Shown here piece by piece: positions 11,900 through 24,219 of a stretch of DNA of 64,000 nucleotides. The stretch comes from Lama guanicoe (Eukaryota): the NCBI GenBank assembly GCA_013239625.1, contig MU054338.1, positions 1,924,001 to 1,988,000 of the forward strand, in the 5' to 3' direction. The notes beneath the pieces are model-generated. The model ran no database searches. It saw only the letters and a list, made by a program, of their open reading frames with translations, and was not told the DNA's origin. The translations under genes and the position numbers were made by a program. The stretch's first letter is position 1. Each line of letters starts with the position of its first letter.

Positions 11900-12850
11900 T
11901 CCTTTCTCCGCGGTGGTTGGTTGGGCGCGCCAGCCAATCCGTCTGCCGCGCTCCCACATGGGTCCGTGACGTCACAATGGGCGCTGGCCAATGGGGACGA
12001 GAAATCCGGCAACCAATGGCAGAGGGCACTAAGATCGGCTGGGCCAATCGGAAGGCGGCGGAGAGCTCCCAGCGGGGTATGGAGAGTGCAGTTCCCCCTC
12101 CCTAAGAGGAGTTGAGACCCTCGTGGACGCCTGAACCTGGAGAGGTTGGAGGAGGGCGGGGGATCCGGCTCGGTTAGTATCCAAAAACAGGAAGAAGCGA
12201 GTCACCCCGTGAGCCTGGAGGGTCTCCCTGTAAAAAAAACAAGAGCCTCTTGTCCAATGTACCACCTTGCAAAAGCGCAGCCCGCTGAGGGGGTCGACTA
12301 GCGCCTTTCGCCCTATTTCACAGATAGGTAAACTGAGGCAGAGACGTTAAGTCATTCCGGACGCCCCGGGAAGAACTGAGACTCTCACCCAAGCCCGGAG
12401 GCTCCCAAAACGGCAGGTCCGTTGGGGAGGGATGGGCTCATGCGTAGGCGAGGGGAGGTGTGGTGCAGGTCCCGGTGCCTCAGTTTCCCCGAGAGCGAAC
12501 GGGAGAGGACACTCGAGCAAGCATTCGAGAGACTACGATCCCCACAAGCTCCCGCGCGGCGCCCGCCCGGGTTGTCAATCAAAGTAACGTGGGTCCCTCT
12601 CCGGCCCGCGCTCCCCCGCCCGCCGCCTCTCTCCTGCCAGCTCCCGCTCCCTCCCCGCCGGCTCTGGGCCCGGCGCGGTATAATTACAGCCCATTGATCC
12701 GACCCGGGCCGGGAAAGCGGCTCCCTCGGGGAGGCCAAGCCTTTGGCTTCCGACATCGCCAACCTCTGCCTACCGCCCCTCTAGCCGAGATGCTGGGCCA
12801 CCAGCCAGGCCTGTCCCCTCCTTTTGGCCATGGCTCGCGGGTGACCTCTG
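11900..12850. promoter_or_regulatory. CpG-rich regulatory block with four CCAAT boxes and a CRE
   Basis: CCAAT at 11934, 11988, 12013, 12044; TGACGTCA at 11967-11974; CpG-dense 12480-12780. Confidence 0.7.
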
Positions 12851-15529
12851 AGCCTCGGTTCCCGCCACAGTTGGCGTTAAGCTCCCCTCAGAAGAATTAC
12901 ATACAGGTTTCCTTCCACCCGGGAACATGGGGAGCCCTCCCGCTGTGTTCTCGAGCCCCCCACCTCCTCACGTGACCTGGAGACTCTTGAGGGCCTCTCT
13001 CTGGGCCACAGTTTTCTCACCTGTATAGTGAGATGGTTACAGAAGACTTATTCATGTAACCAATGCTTTTTGCAGGCCCCATATGTGCAACCAGGGCTGG
13101 GCCATGCAGGAGGGGCTCCCAAGTTTGGGGAAGAGGGAGGAGTCCCAGGAGAGTGGTGGGGCTGGGACAGGGGGAGGGACCAAGGCTGGAGGTGGGGTCG
13201 GGGACAGAGCCAGGAGGGAGCCTGCGACTGTTTGGGAAGTTGGAAAGTCTTCCTAGATGTCACGTGGGGATGTTAAAGCTGGGGTTCTGCAGAATGCATA
13301 GGAGTTGCCTCATTTAAGCAGTGCCTTTATGTCACCCTAACCCAAAGTAGAAGATGAAAGATGGGCAACCTGAAGCCCTTCCCTGGGACTGAGGAGCCTT
13401 GAGCTCTGACCCCTTGCCTTGCTGGGTGGACCTCTGAACATTCTGTGGCTGTGAAGTGGGGAGTGGACACACCCGTGGCTATAATACCCCTCTGCCTACT
13501 TTCACCACGGTCTGTAAGTGGCAATAGGCTCTGGCCAACGGCAGGAGGCACTAGGATAGGCTGAGGGCTCCAAACTCTAGCCAATCTGTGGGCAAGAACA
13601 GGGGAAAAAAGGAAGGGCTTTCAGGAGTCCGGGATGGACCTGGGCTCAGTGAGTATTCTCATCTTCAAATAAGTTCAGGCTATAAAGTACTTAAAATCAT
13701 TCATAGTAAATGCTCAGAATGAGGTAGCCGTTTGTACTCCTCCGTTTATGCCCCAAGGTCCCTTTCCCTCCCAGCCTCACTTCACACACCCCAGCTGGGC
13801 CAAGCACTCACTCTCCACTCCCCCCACATCTTTGATCACCCATTAAAATGAATCAAATCCCATCCTTCCCTCTGCTCAAGAATCTTCCATAGCTCCCCAT
13901 CACCCTCAGAATAAAATCCAAACTCCCCATCTCTGTCTACACGATCTGATGCCCACCACCTTCCTATTCTCACCTCCTCCCTCTCTCCTCTGCGCTCACT
14001 CCCCTCCACCACATGGGCCTAGTCCCTGTTCCTCCAACACACCAGGCATGGTCCTGCCTCAGGGCCTTTGCACAAGCTTGTTTCCTTTGCCTGGACCATG
14101 GCCAGCTCTTCTCTTCCTTCCAGTCTTGGATCAAACATCACAACCTTAGGAGGCCTGGCCAGGCCAGCCTGGCTGCAGTAGCCCCCAACCTCCCTACCTG
14201 GTCAGCCTCTCTTATTTCATTTCCTTCAGAAGCCTCATCACTCTCTGAACACTTACAATTGACTTGCTTATGTGCAAAACCCATTGCCTGCATATGTGTT
14301 GGGAAAATAAAGGGGTGAGCTTAGAGAGGGGCAGAGCCTCTCCCAGGTTACCCAACAAGCTGGGTAGGGTCCCAGGGCCCCTGACAACCTGCCTGGTACT
14401 AACCGAGCCTGCAAGAGTCCGCTGCAAGCCAAGGCCACCCTACCCCCCGAAGGCTGGGTTCACATCCTCCCTTGGATGCTGTGTTGCTGTGATTCTGTAA
14501 AATGGGGGTAATGACAGAAATTTCCTCATCCTGTGTCACAGGATCAAACAGCTTGACAGATGAGCTGGCTTTAGCTATTACTATGATGTGAAAGTGACCA
14601 GTGTGGGGAAGAGGGCTGGAACTGGCCCTCAAATGGCTATCCCCCATTTTTAAACTCCCAGGGTCTCTTGGTCAGTGCATCTCGCCCAGACCCCACACCA
14701 CCTATGCCCCCTCCGTCCCAAGTCCCGGCTTCACCCTCTGCACCCTCCCTTCTGGCATCCCTGTGAGCTTGGACTCTGTCTCTCCCCTGGTGGGGGGCAG
14801 GGAGGCCTCCTTGCTGGACCCCAGTCCTGCCCAGCCCCCAGGCACTGCACAGGTGTAGGTGGAACAGTGTGGCCCAATAGGAGTCTTACTCCTTGGCTTC
14901 TGGCTTGCAGTAAGACGCTTTATCCTCTCAGGGCCTCAATTTTCTCATCGGGAAAAAGGGGCTATCCTGGGTAACATTACCCATGGCAGGGGTTACTCCT
15001 AGGTTAGCTGCTTTATTCATTTGATCTTATGTCTGAGGCTCACAACCGCCCTTTACAGTAGGGGTTGGGAACCTGCAGTAGCCAGAGGCAGTCCTACCTC
15101 CAGCCTCTGCACCCCACTCCCGGGGTCCATCTGCCTGGAACACCCTCCCTGCCCTCCAGCCTTCTCCCCCAGGCAGGCCCCTTCTGTCAGCCAGGCCTGC
15201 GCTCAAATGTCATCTCTTCAGAGAGGCCTACTCATCTCCTGGCTTAAGTAGCCCCCAGTCATTCTCTGTCTCCTGGCCTTGCTGGATTTTTCCTCCCACA
15301 GCCCTTGACTGTTTTCTGAAATTATCTTACTTGCTGGTTTATTTGTTGTCTGTCTTCCCTACATGCTGTGGGGCAAGAGGGGCTCTGTCCTGGGTCCCAG
15401 GCCCCTACCACAGAGCCTAGCCACACAGCAGGCGCCCAGTAAGTTTCGGTTGCCCAGTTGCTGGTGGGTCTGGCTTTGGAGTGGGGTGGAGGAGAGGCGG
15501 CCAGGCCCAGAGACGCCTAGGGACCTGCC

Positions 15530-16250
15530 CAAGGTCACACAGCGCGGCGCTTGGTCTGTGGCTGCCCTTGGAGCCACCCTCCCAGGCCGGGTGTGGCCGA
15601 GTGCCAGGTGGCCCGCCCCCTCCTGCCCAGTCGCCGCCGCCAGGGACCCACCGTTAACCCCGCGGGCCGGCCCAGCGCGTCACCAAATAGGCGGGGTCAG
15701 GCCCAGCAGGGAACGGGGAGCGCGGGTACCGCCCCTCCCCGGGCTGGGATCTGGGAGGCAGAGAGGGGAGGGGAGGAGGAAACAGAGGGGACAAAGGGGG
15801 AGGAGGCGGAGGGGAGAGGGAGGAGGGTGAAGGGGGCGGAGGAGGAAGGGGCGGAGGGGCAGGGACGGGGAGGAGGACGCGAGGGGGCGGAGGGAAAGGC
15901 GGCCTTCCAGGCCTGGCAAGCGCCCAGCAACCGGGCCCAGCGGGGGACGAGGTTTGTGGGGGGAGGAGGGGGGAGCACGGGCGAGGTGGGCAGAGAGGCG
16001 CGGATGTAGGGGAGGGGGCACAGAGCGGGGACACACGGGGAAAGTAGGAGGGAGAATCTAGAAAGACCTTGAAGGACAGAGGGAGGAATAGAACAGAAAG
16101 AAGATGAAGACACAGGGAGATAGAGACTCAGAGACGCCCAGAGGCGCGGGGCAACAGAGACAGAGAAAGGCAGGTCCCAGGAGAGACCCACAGAGCGGAA
16201 TGCTTGGTGGTGGGCAGAGGACGAGGGTGCACGCAGCTCCCCCCCTACAG
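15530..16250. promoter_or_regulatory. CpG-rich patch with a purine-rich GGA tract
   Basis: CpG density and (GGA/GGC)-rich run at 15750-15900. Confidence 0.5.
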
Positions 16251-18049
16251 CGACTAAAGTCAGAAAACATCCAAATACCACGCGGCCTCCTCTTGAGGCC
16301 TTGCCTCCGTCTTCCCTCCATCCTGGCCCCCCTGAGTCCCCAAGGAATCTTGCTCCTCCTGTATCTGGGCACGCCCCTCCTCTGCTCAGACACCTTCCAT
16401 GGCTCCCTGTGTCCCCAGCTCTTCCACCTGGAGGGGAGCATCCTACAGGGCTGGCCTAGGCCCACCCATCTCACTGGCTTCTCTGCCATTTTCCCACTTT
16501 CTCCTTCCATATTTACAGAACACCTACTGTGCCCCAGGCACGATTCTAAGCCCAGAGGATTCAGGGGTAACCAAAAGAGACCGAATCCCTGTTGCTGCGG
16601 AACTCATCTTAGAGTGGGGAAAACACAGGACAAGGGAATATTTGTTGACCTAAGCTGTTTAAAGCGATCAATGCCGTGCAGATAAAGCAAGCAGGAGGTG
16701 GGGGTGGTAAGGAGTTCGGTGGCTTTGGGGACAGTGTGTTCCAGGCAGAGCGAGAGGCCCAGAGGTGGCACCAGGCTTGGTCACCCTCAGACACGAAAAG
16801 GAGCCCAATTAGAGTGAAGGCCCTGAGCAAGGGGAGAGGCCACAGCTCTGCCCACCTGCCACTGGGTCCAGAAGCTTCTCCTTCTCTTTTCAAAATGGCT
16901 AACATCAGGACCTGGCAGCTTGGAACTTCCTGTGTCAGAATCCAAGTTCCATGGCTGGGTGCCCCTGGGGAAGTCACTTTGAGTCTCAAGCCTCAGTTTC
17001 CTTATCCGTAAAATGGTTCTTCCTTCACCGGTCATCTTCAAGAATTAATTGAGAGATGCCCTTGGAGCCCTGAGTCAAAGCCAGAGGATAACAGATGCTC
17101 AGCAAATCGCAGCTGTTTGTGATTTCTTTTATCCATATGATTTGCTCTGCCTTCCTGATTATTTCTGGTTTTGCCCAGCAGAGAGCAGGAGATTGGCTGC
17201 AGCCCTGCCTTGTTTTGTGACTTTGACAACTTCCTGCCCTTTGACGGGCCTCGGTTTTCCTGTCTGCACAATGGGGAGAGTGTACGGTCATTCCAAGATC
17301 CCCGATTTCACTGTCACCGCAGCTCCTTTTTGATTCTCCTCCAAATCCAAGTTTAAGCCGCAAACACAGAGGCAGCTGACTCTGGGAGGAGGAAGACCAC
17401 GTAAATATTTCAGGCGGCAGATGTACCTGGCCCGCCTGGATGGTGAATGTTTAATGTGTCACGTCCTAGTCCTCACTGGCCTTCAGAGGACGTTTTTTCT
17501 CCCTGGCTGGGGAATCTATTAGTCCTGGACACCTCTAGGAGGAGGGGGTGGGCCTGGCTCTAGGAGCGGGGCTGTGAGACTCCAGCACTGAGGACAGTGG
17601 GGACATCAGAGTGAGTCAGGGACCTGTACACCCTCCATGCACACAGATCCCCCCCTGGAAAGACCCCAGGAAGCAGGGAGGGTGCTGGAAAGGGTACTCC
17701 CAGAAAGGGCTAAGGTCTGGGAGGGGGACTGGGGATGGGTGCACCCAGTCCCCTCTGCTCAAGTCCTGTGCCCAAGGAGCTGGGGGCACAGCACTGGCTA
17801 ACCCCCTCCCCCTCCCCCTCTGGAGTTCCTCTGTCCCTCCCCACGATCTCCCTCCCTCCCCCAAGGCCCCTTCACTGCCTCACTTCCCTCCTTCGCATCC
17901 CCACCCCCTCCTCTGCTTTCCCTCTTCAAAAAAAAACCTCCTTTCTCTCCGTCCTCTATCTCCCCCTCCTCTTCTCCCCTCCCTTCCTCCCTCTTCTCCC
18001 CCTCCTCCCCTCCACTGTCTCCCACCGTCCCCTCCTCCCCAACCTCCCG

Positions 18050-18300
18050 CCTCATTAGGCGCGGCCGCGGAGCGGGGCCCATTAGCGGATCAATTAGCCG
18101 AGGTCGCCGGCGGCGCGGTCGTTAAGCGCGGGAGGCCGCGGCGGGGAGGGGGGCTCTGGAGACCGCACCTCCGCCCGCCCCGGCTTCCTGGCCGAGATCG
18201 GGCCCTCCCAGGACCTCCTGGTCACGCGCCCCGCTGCGGACTCCTCGGGGGACCTGGGGACCGAGCCCACCGGGCAGGATGAGGCTCCGAGGCCCAGAGA
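18050..18300. promoter_or_regulatory. Small CpG island with clustered ATTAG homeodomain cores
   Basis: CATTAGG, CATTAGC, AATTAGC within 18053-18100. Confidence 0.55.
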
Positions 18301-19284
18301 GACCCCAGGTCACAGACCTGTCCGTGGCTGGGCAGGCCCCTCCTTCTTAGGAGAAGACTCCTGAGGGGGACACTGTCAGCCTTGTGAGGCCCCCCACCCC
18401 AGCGCCCTTCATCTGCCAGCAACATCAGTAATAATAATAATAATAACAGCTGACGGCTGGTAAGCCCTTGCCGGCTTTCTGCTAATTCTCTGAACAGTTT
18501 CCCAGAAACAGATCAGACAAGTGACTTCACTGGCCTCACTCCCCCATCCTTTCTCGGCCTTGGTCTCTATCCACATACCCGCTGACACATGTTGTGTTTT
18601 CCTAATGCATCTGTCTACCCCAGCCACAAGGGCAGGGACGTATGTCTGTCCTGGTCCCTGCTGTGTTGCTGGGGCTGGGAGTGGGGGCTCAGTGAATAAA
18701 TAACTGTGCCAGGCTCTGATTGTAAATAATATGATCCATCTTCGTGACAATGGTGGGTTCTGTGGTTGTACCCGTTTTACAGATAGGGAAACCAAGATCC
18801 AGAGTGGTGAAGCCACTTCTCTGGATCGCTCTGCTGTGAGAGGAAGAGCCAGGATTTAAACCCACCCTGGAGACTGCATGCCAGGAGCCATTGTGTGACA
18901 TATTAATAACAGCTGCTGGTCGCTTTCCACTTGGAATTTGTGTAGGCCTCGGGCTGGGGAGTATCAAAGAACCTTGCTTTGGGGCCAAGTTCAGAGCGGC
19001 CTTCAGAAGTGATTGCTAGGAGTCTTAGTCTAATCTGTGGGATTAGAACGTGGGAGAGGGGAAAAAAAAAACACCACCACTGTTTCAGGCAGAAGGAACA
19101 GCATGTGCAAAGTCCTCCAGGCAAGGAACAGCAAGATGTTTCAACCTGGCTGCAGGAGGAATGATGAGAGGTGTAGGTAGCAGGACCGGCCCTCAGGGTC
19201 TCCTGGGCCTAGAATTTATTCCAAGGATCAGGGAGGCCAAAGATAGTCTATTTTAAAGTAATTTTTTTTTTAAATTGTGAAATA

Positions 19285-19439
19285 GGGGGCGGATATAGCA
19301 TCGTGGTAGAGTGCATGCTTAGCATGCTTGAGGTCCTGGATTCAATCCGCAGTACTTCCATTAAAATAAATCAATAAAATAAGTGAGCCTAATTACCACC
19401 CCCCAAAAAGAAGATAATAAAGGATAATTAAAAAAAATA
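19285..19439 (+). mobile_element. tRNA-derived SINE (camelid Vic-1-like) with target-site duplication
   Basis: A-box-like TAGCATCGTGG, B-box-like GGATTCAATCC, A-rich tail; AAATTGTGAAATAG at 19272-19285 and 19440-19453. Confidence 0.85.
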
Positions 19440-20872
19440 AAATTGTGAAATAGAACACATAAACAAGTGTACAGGTTCTAAGTGAACAATTCAATGAATT
19501 ATCACAAAGTGAACACACTCATGTAATCAGTCCCCAAGTTACCATTACCCTTAGAAGTTGCTTTTGTCCCCTCCTCAAAGATAACCCCATGACATTTGAT
19601 ACTATAGGTCACTGGGGCCTGTTTTTTTCTTTAGATAAATGGAATCACACAGCATGTACTGTTTTGTACCAGCTTCTTTTGTTCAGTGTTAGGTGTGCAA
19701 GACACATGGTGTTGAGTGCAGTAGCCTCTCCCTTTTCCTGGCCGCATAATATTCCACAGGCAACTAACATCACAGTATATCCATCCTACCCTTGATGGAC
19801 AGCTGGTGATTTCCAGTTTGGGGCAATGATGACTAACTACAGCTGCTCTCAACACTTTAGTGGCATTTCTGTTGGATGGACCCAGCATCCAAATTCAGGG
19901 GAATTGCTGGGTACCAAACAGCCTTCTGAGGTGGATGTAACAATTTATACTCCCCAAGTGGCAGAGGTGAGTTCTGATTGTCAACACAAGGATGAATGTT
20001 AAGCAGGCAGTGGCCCTGTCACACTGGCATTTTGGGAGGTGCTTTCGCTGCAGTGGGGGAGGGGTGGGACCCAGTAGGAGAGTTACCCCTGTCCCCTCTC
20101 TGCCGCCTGTCATCACCCCTCCCTCTCACTCCATCCCTCCTTGTGCCCTTGGCTCCCACTGGATTGGGAAAGCAGGTGAGATGTCCTTGGACCTCCTTGG
20201 TGCTCCCAGCTCCTTGAGGGTGTGATTTCTATGCCACGCAGCCCTTGCATAGATCTTGCAGTGTTAGGATGGCAGCCCCCACTCCCCTCTCCATATCCTG
20301 AGTGGACAGCCTTAAGTTCTTGGCTCAAATGCCAGGTGCACCAGGGAAATCACCTTTCCTGCTCGGTCCCCCAGGGGGTGATCCATCTTGGATGCAGTGG
20401 GGTGAGAGCAGCCTCTAAGTGGTCCTTGGAGGGTTGAGGTCCGACTGGGGCTCTGTTTCTCTTATCTGGAAAAAGGGATCTGTGTATGTGTGCAGTGGGG
20501 GCGGATTCCAGTCTCCACATCCTGTCTCTAGGGTGAGGAATGTTTTTCAGGAGCCCCCTGGCTTGGGACTCAGAAACCAGCTCCACTTAACCAGCTCTGC
20601 GACCCCCTAGCTCTTCTGAGCCCCTCTGCCTGCCTGTCTAAACAGCTGGCTAAACAAGCACCTAGGCGGTACTGTGAGACCTAGCACCTCCGTCTACCCT
20701 CTCTGGGCTATGCGTCAAGCTGGGGAGTCCCACTCTGCTAGGACTCTGAATACCCCCTCGTAACAGAGAAGGGGGCTTAGACTTGAAGGAAGCCCTCCTC
20801 CCCGGGGAAGGCAGACAGCTCGGGCAGCCCGCAACACAGAGGCAGGAACACGGCAACCAACCTTCTCACGTC

Positions 20873-20878
20873 TTTATT
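20873..20878 (-). terminator. Distal AATAAA polyadenylation signal of TLE5
   Basis: AATAAA on minus followed by GU-rich GGTTGGTTGCCGTGTT...TGTGTTGC. Confidence 0.8.
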
Positions 20879-21101
20879 TGAAAGGCACAGCTAAGCCCAC
20901 CCTCAATACAGCATTTTTACTTCTCTCCGTAGAGATCAAACGACTGAACACAACAAAAGCTGACAGTCTAAAAGGCTATATACAGACACAGGTGTGGGTG
21001 TTGCTTTTTTTTTAACATCCCTTTTCTTAAAAGACAAGCTAGTATACTGGAAAAAGGGGGAAAAATAAAATAAAAACCAAGACAACTTTAGTACCCTCAT
21101 C

Positions 21102-21107
21102 TTTATT
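21102..21107 (-). terminator. Proximal AATAAA polyadenylation signal of TLE5
   Basis: AATAAA on minus followed by GTTGTCTTGGTTTTTATTTTATTTT. Confidence 0.75.
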
Positions 21108-21724
21108 TGGGAAGGGGAGAAAGGGGATTCTGGGTCTCCGGCCCCACCCTGCTCCCCAGGCTAAGCGCATTTTGTCCCGGCCCCTCTCTCTCTCTCTCGT
21201 GGGCGAGGGGAGAGGACCAGGTGGGCGTGGGGACCAGCAGAGGGTGAGTGGGCAGGAGGGGGGACGCAGGACGCCCGGGGTGGCGGGAAGGGGCGGCTAG
21301 CGTGTTTGCATGCAGTGCCAGGGTGGGAGGCCGGGTGTGCCAGGAGGGTCCCCGGCGGGCAGACTGTCAGTTACACGTGTGCGAATCGGGGAGGTGCGGG
21401 GTAGTGGGGTTGGACCTCATGAGGCTTTGCTCCCTTCTGACCTGGCCTCCCACTTGCGCCTCCAGGCCTCAGCTTGCCTCATCTGCGGTATGAGCAGGTA
21501 TGCGCCCATTCCGGCTGCAGGGGAGGAGGAGGGAGGCCAGGAGTCGGGGTGTAGGAGGAAAGCGGGGGGGGGCACACGTGCAGGGCAAGGGCCCCAGCAG
21601 GTGGCTACCATAAACATTACCAGCGTTTGGCCAATCCCAAGCTACACTGTGTCTTGCACTGAAAGTCCCTCTCTCCGTGTCTATCTCCCTCTGCCCACCC
21701 CTACCTCCCCACCCCCACAGCCCA

Positions 21725-21946
21725 CTAATCGGACTTCTCGCCGTCATCCTCCTGGTGGGTGTCACCGTCATGCCCGTTCTTGTCTTCCTTGGAGAGGTGG
21801 GCCTGGGAGCCCAGCGCCGACAGCGAGAGGAGGCCGGTGCCTGCGCTGACTGCCGGCAGCGAAGGGGGCTGCAGCCCCACAGGCAGTGGGGTCAGGGGCA
21901 GGGCCAGAGCCTGCAGCTGGGACAGCTGGTGGGCTTGGAGCTGCTG
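21725..21946 (-). CDS. TLE5: TLE5/AES last coding exon, QQLQAHQLSQLQALALPLTPLPVG...EDDGEKSD-stop
   Basis: CAGCAGCAG acceptor (21941-21949), TAG at 21725-21727; the seven exons sum to 594 nt = 197 aa + stop. Confidence 0.97.
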   Translation of the reverse strand, partial: QQLQAHQLSQLQALALPLTPLPVGLQPPSLPAVSAGTGLLSLSALGSQAHLSKEDKNGHDGDTHQEDDGEKSD

Positions 21947-22028
21947 CTGCAGGGGCAGAGGAAGGGGAGTGTCAGCCACCTCTGGCCCTCCCTTCCTCCC
22001 TCCACACCCGCCAAGATCCCGGACATAC

Positions 22029-22103
22029 TCGGATGATGGAGTTCAGCTCAGGAGCAGTGACCTGCTTAGCTCTCTCGATGGCTCCCAAGACCTGCTGCTG
22101 GTG
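22029..22103 (-). CDS. TLE5: TLE5/AES exon 6 (75 nt), HQQQVLGAIERAKQVTAPELNSIIR
   Basis: TTCCAG acceptor, GTATGT donor. Confidence 0.97.
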
Positions 22104-22893
22104 CTGGAAGGGGGTGGGGTGGAGAGGAGTCAGATGAGTCGCCCTGATCTTGTTGGGGGCTGTGGCACAGAGCCCAGCAGGAGCCACACTCCTATCTGGG
22201 CTGTGAGAGCCCTCCCTCTCCAGGGCTTCCCAGCTGCCCCCCAACGCCGAAATCCCCTTCTTTCCAGTTGCTTCCTTTCCCCAAGCCTTAGTCTATTCAT
22301 CTAGAAAATGGGAGAAATGGAGATGCATAGAAGACCCCAAGGAGTTGGTACCATAATCTTGGGAAAAAGCCTGCAGGTGAGTCTGAGAAACCCCAGACCA
22401 TGATCTATCCAATGCCACGTGCAATGTAACAGTGCAGTGTACAACCTGGCCAACCAGACAGGCAAGTCCTGGTCCTAAGAGCTCAGGGGCTGTGCTCTAA
22501 GATCTGCTCATCTAAGCACCTCCTCTTCCACAGCTGGGGAAGGCCCAGTGAATTCTCCTCTGGGCTGGGGTAGAAGTCTAGGTTCAGAGCAATCCCTGCC
22601 CCCATCCCCAGCCCTCCCTGAAAATCTGTCTCTCCTGCCATCAGATGCTAGAATCTGCCAAGTTCCTTTTTTTTTTGCCTTGGCTACCAGGAAGCCTGTC
22701 ATGAAAGGAAACCACAGTCTAGGTCTTCAGGGTTCCAGGAATCCCCTTCTTGGAGGCTTTCATGGTGTCCACCTGGAACTGTCCCTGGGCATCACTTGAA
22801 AGACCCCGAGATATGGGCAGGGATGGAGAAGGAAACGGTGAATTACCAACAGTAAATCTGGCAGAGAGGAAATGGGCCTTATGTGACCCAGAC

Positions 22894-22916
22894 GTGTGTG
22901 TGTGTGTGTGTGTGTG
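22894..22916 (+). repeat. (GT)~11 microsatellite, followed by a degenerate GT-rich tract to about 23150
   Basis: Direct read. Confidence 0.9.
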
Positions 22917-23531
22917 GAGTGGGCCTCACACCAAAGGTCTTAGACGTCCAGGAGGCAGATGAGGAAGAGCTGGGTACCTGGTTCCCCCGGGGGTGTGAGT
23001 GCGTCTGCCTCTGTGGGCAGCTGTGTGTCCACTCGGGTATCTGCGTGTCTGCATCATTTTGTTTGCACATCCGTGCTTCTGTGTGCACCTGTGGGTCTGT
23101 GTGTGTTGCACCTGTGCAAGTCTGTCTGTCCACCTGCGTCTGTGTGAGGAGCGCCTTGCCATATATCCTCTTGTCCTGGGCCAGCAGTGGCCGGCAGGGC
23201 CCTGAAGATGAATCTCAGGAGGGTGTGAGGCAGAAGCAAGGCAGGGAACACAATTCTTGGTGCGTCTGCGTAGCTGACATTTTTACAGTGAAATGACTCA
23301 CTCGGGCTGGGAATTCCACAGCAGGGTGAGGCCCCTCCCTTCACTGCCCTGCACCCCTGGGGTTTCTCCAGCCTGGGGAATTCTCCACAGGCTAGCTGGT
23401 GGCTGGGAGGTCCAGAGAGCGAAGGCGTGTGCCCCAGGGCACCCAGCACCAGTTGCTGCAGTGGAGAGGGTGGGGGAAAGTTCAAAGTTCATCTCCCTCC
23501 TTCTCCCCGCAGCCCTGGGGGCTCCACTCAC

Positions 23532-23594
23532 CTCTTGGGAAAGGTAGGGCAGGACCTGGGCACATATCCCATTCAGCCTCTTGACGATTTCAGC
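23532..23594 (-). CDS. TLE5: TLE5/AES exon 5 (63 nt), AEIVKRLNGICAQVLPYLSQE
   Basis: TTCCAG acceptor, GTGAGT donor. Confidence 0.97.
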
Positions 23595-24219
23595 CTGGAA
23601 CACGCAGACGTCTCAGCCCCGGGCGGGCAGCCGGGCAGGTGCAGACCAGCCCCAGGAGGCCCGGGGGTTCTGTCTAATCTAAGAGAGGGCCAGCTCGGCC
23701 CAGGGTCGGAGCAACTCATCGGGCCCATGGGCACCCAGTGGCAAAAGGGGCATCGGAGTCTGGTTCTCTGCCCTGCTGCTAAGGGCACAGTGTGGATGGA
23801 ATCCAGGCCCAGCCACTTGGGGCCTGGTAGGTGGTGATCGCTCCAAGGGAGGGAGGGAGGGTTGGTGGGGGCAGCTGGCGTCATTATCCCATGATACACC
23901 CGATTTTGGCTTCGTCAGGGCACAGATGGCAAGAGCGAGGCTGGAGGGCAAGGGGCAATCTGGGGGTCCCATGGTGTGTTGGCACAGGTCACCCTCCTCC
24001 CACCGTCACAAGGGGGAGACAATGGTAGGGGTGGCAGGTCCTGGAAAGTCTCTGCCCCTCCCCCTTAGGGAGATAAACCTCCCAGGGAGGCCTGAGAAAG
24101 AAAAGAGGGGGGCTTCAGAGGTAACAGGATACCAGCAAGGACTTGGTGCTCAGCCAAGGGGCGGGGCGGGCTCCTACCTGCCTGGGGATGCTGAAGGGGA
24201 GGGGGGGGAAGAGGCGTAC

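Noticed and set aside
19285..19360. tRNA genes at the SINE heads
   Set aside because: Degenerate cloverleaf, shared non-tRNA tail, A-rich end and target-site duplications indicate SINEs.
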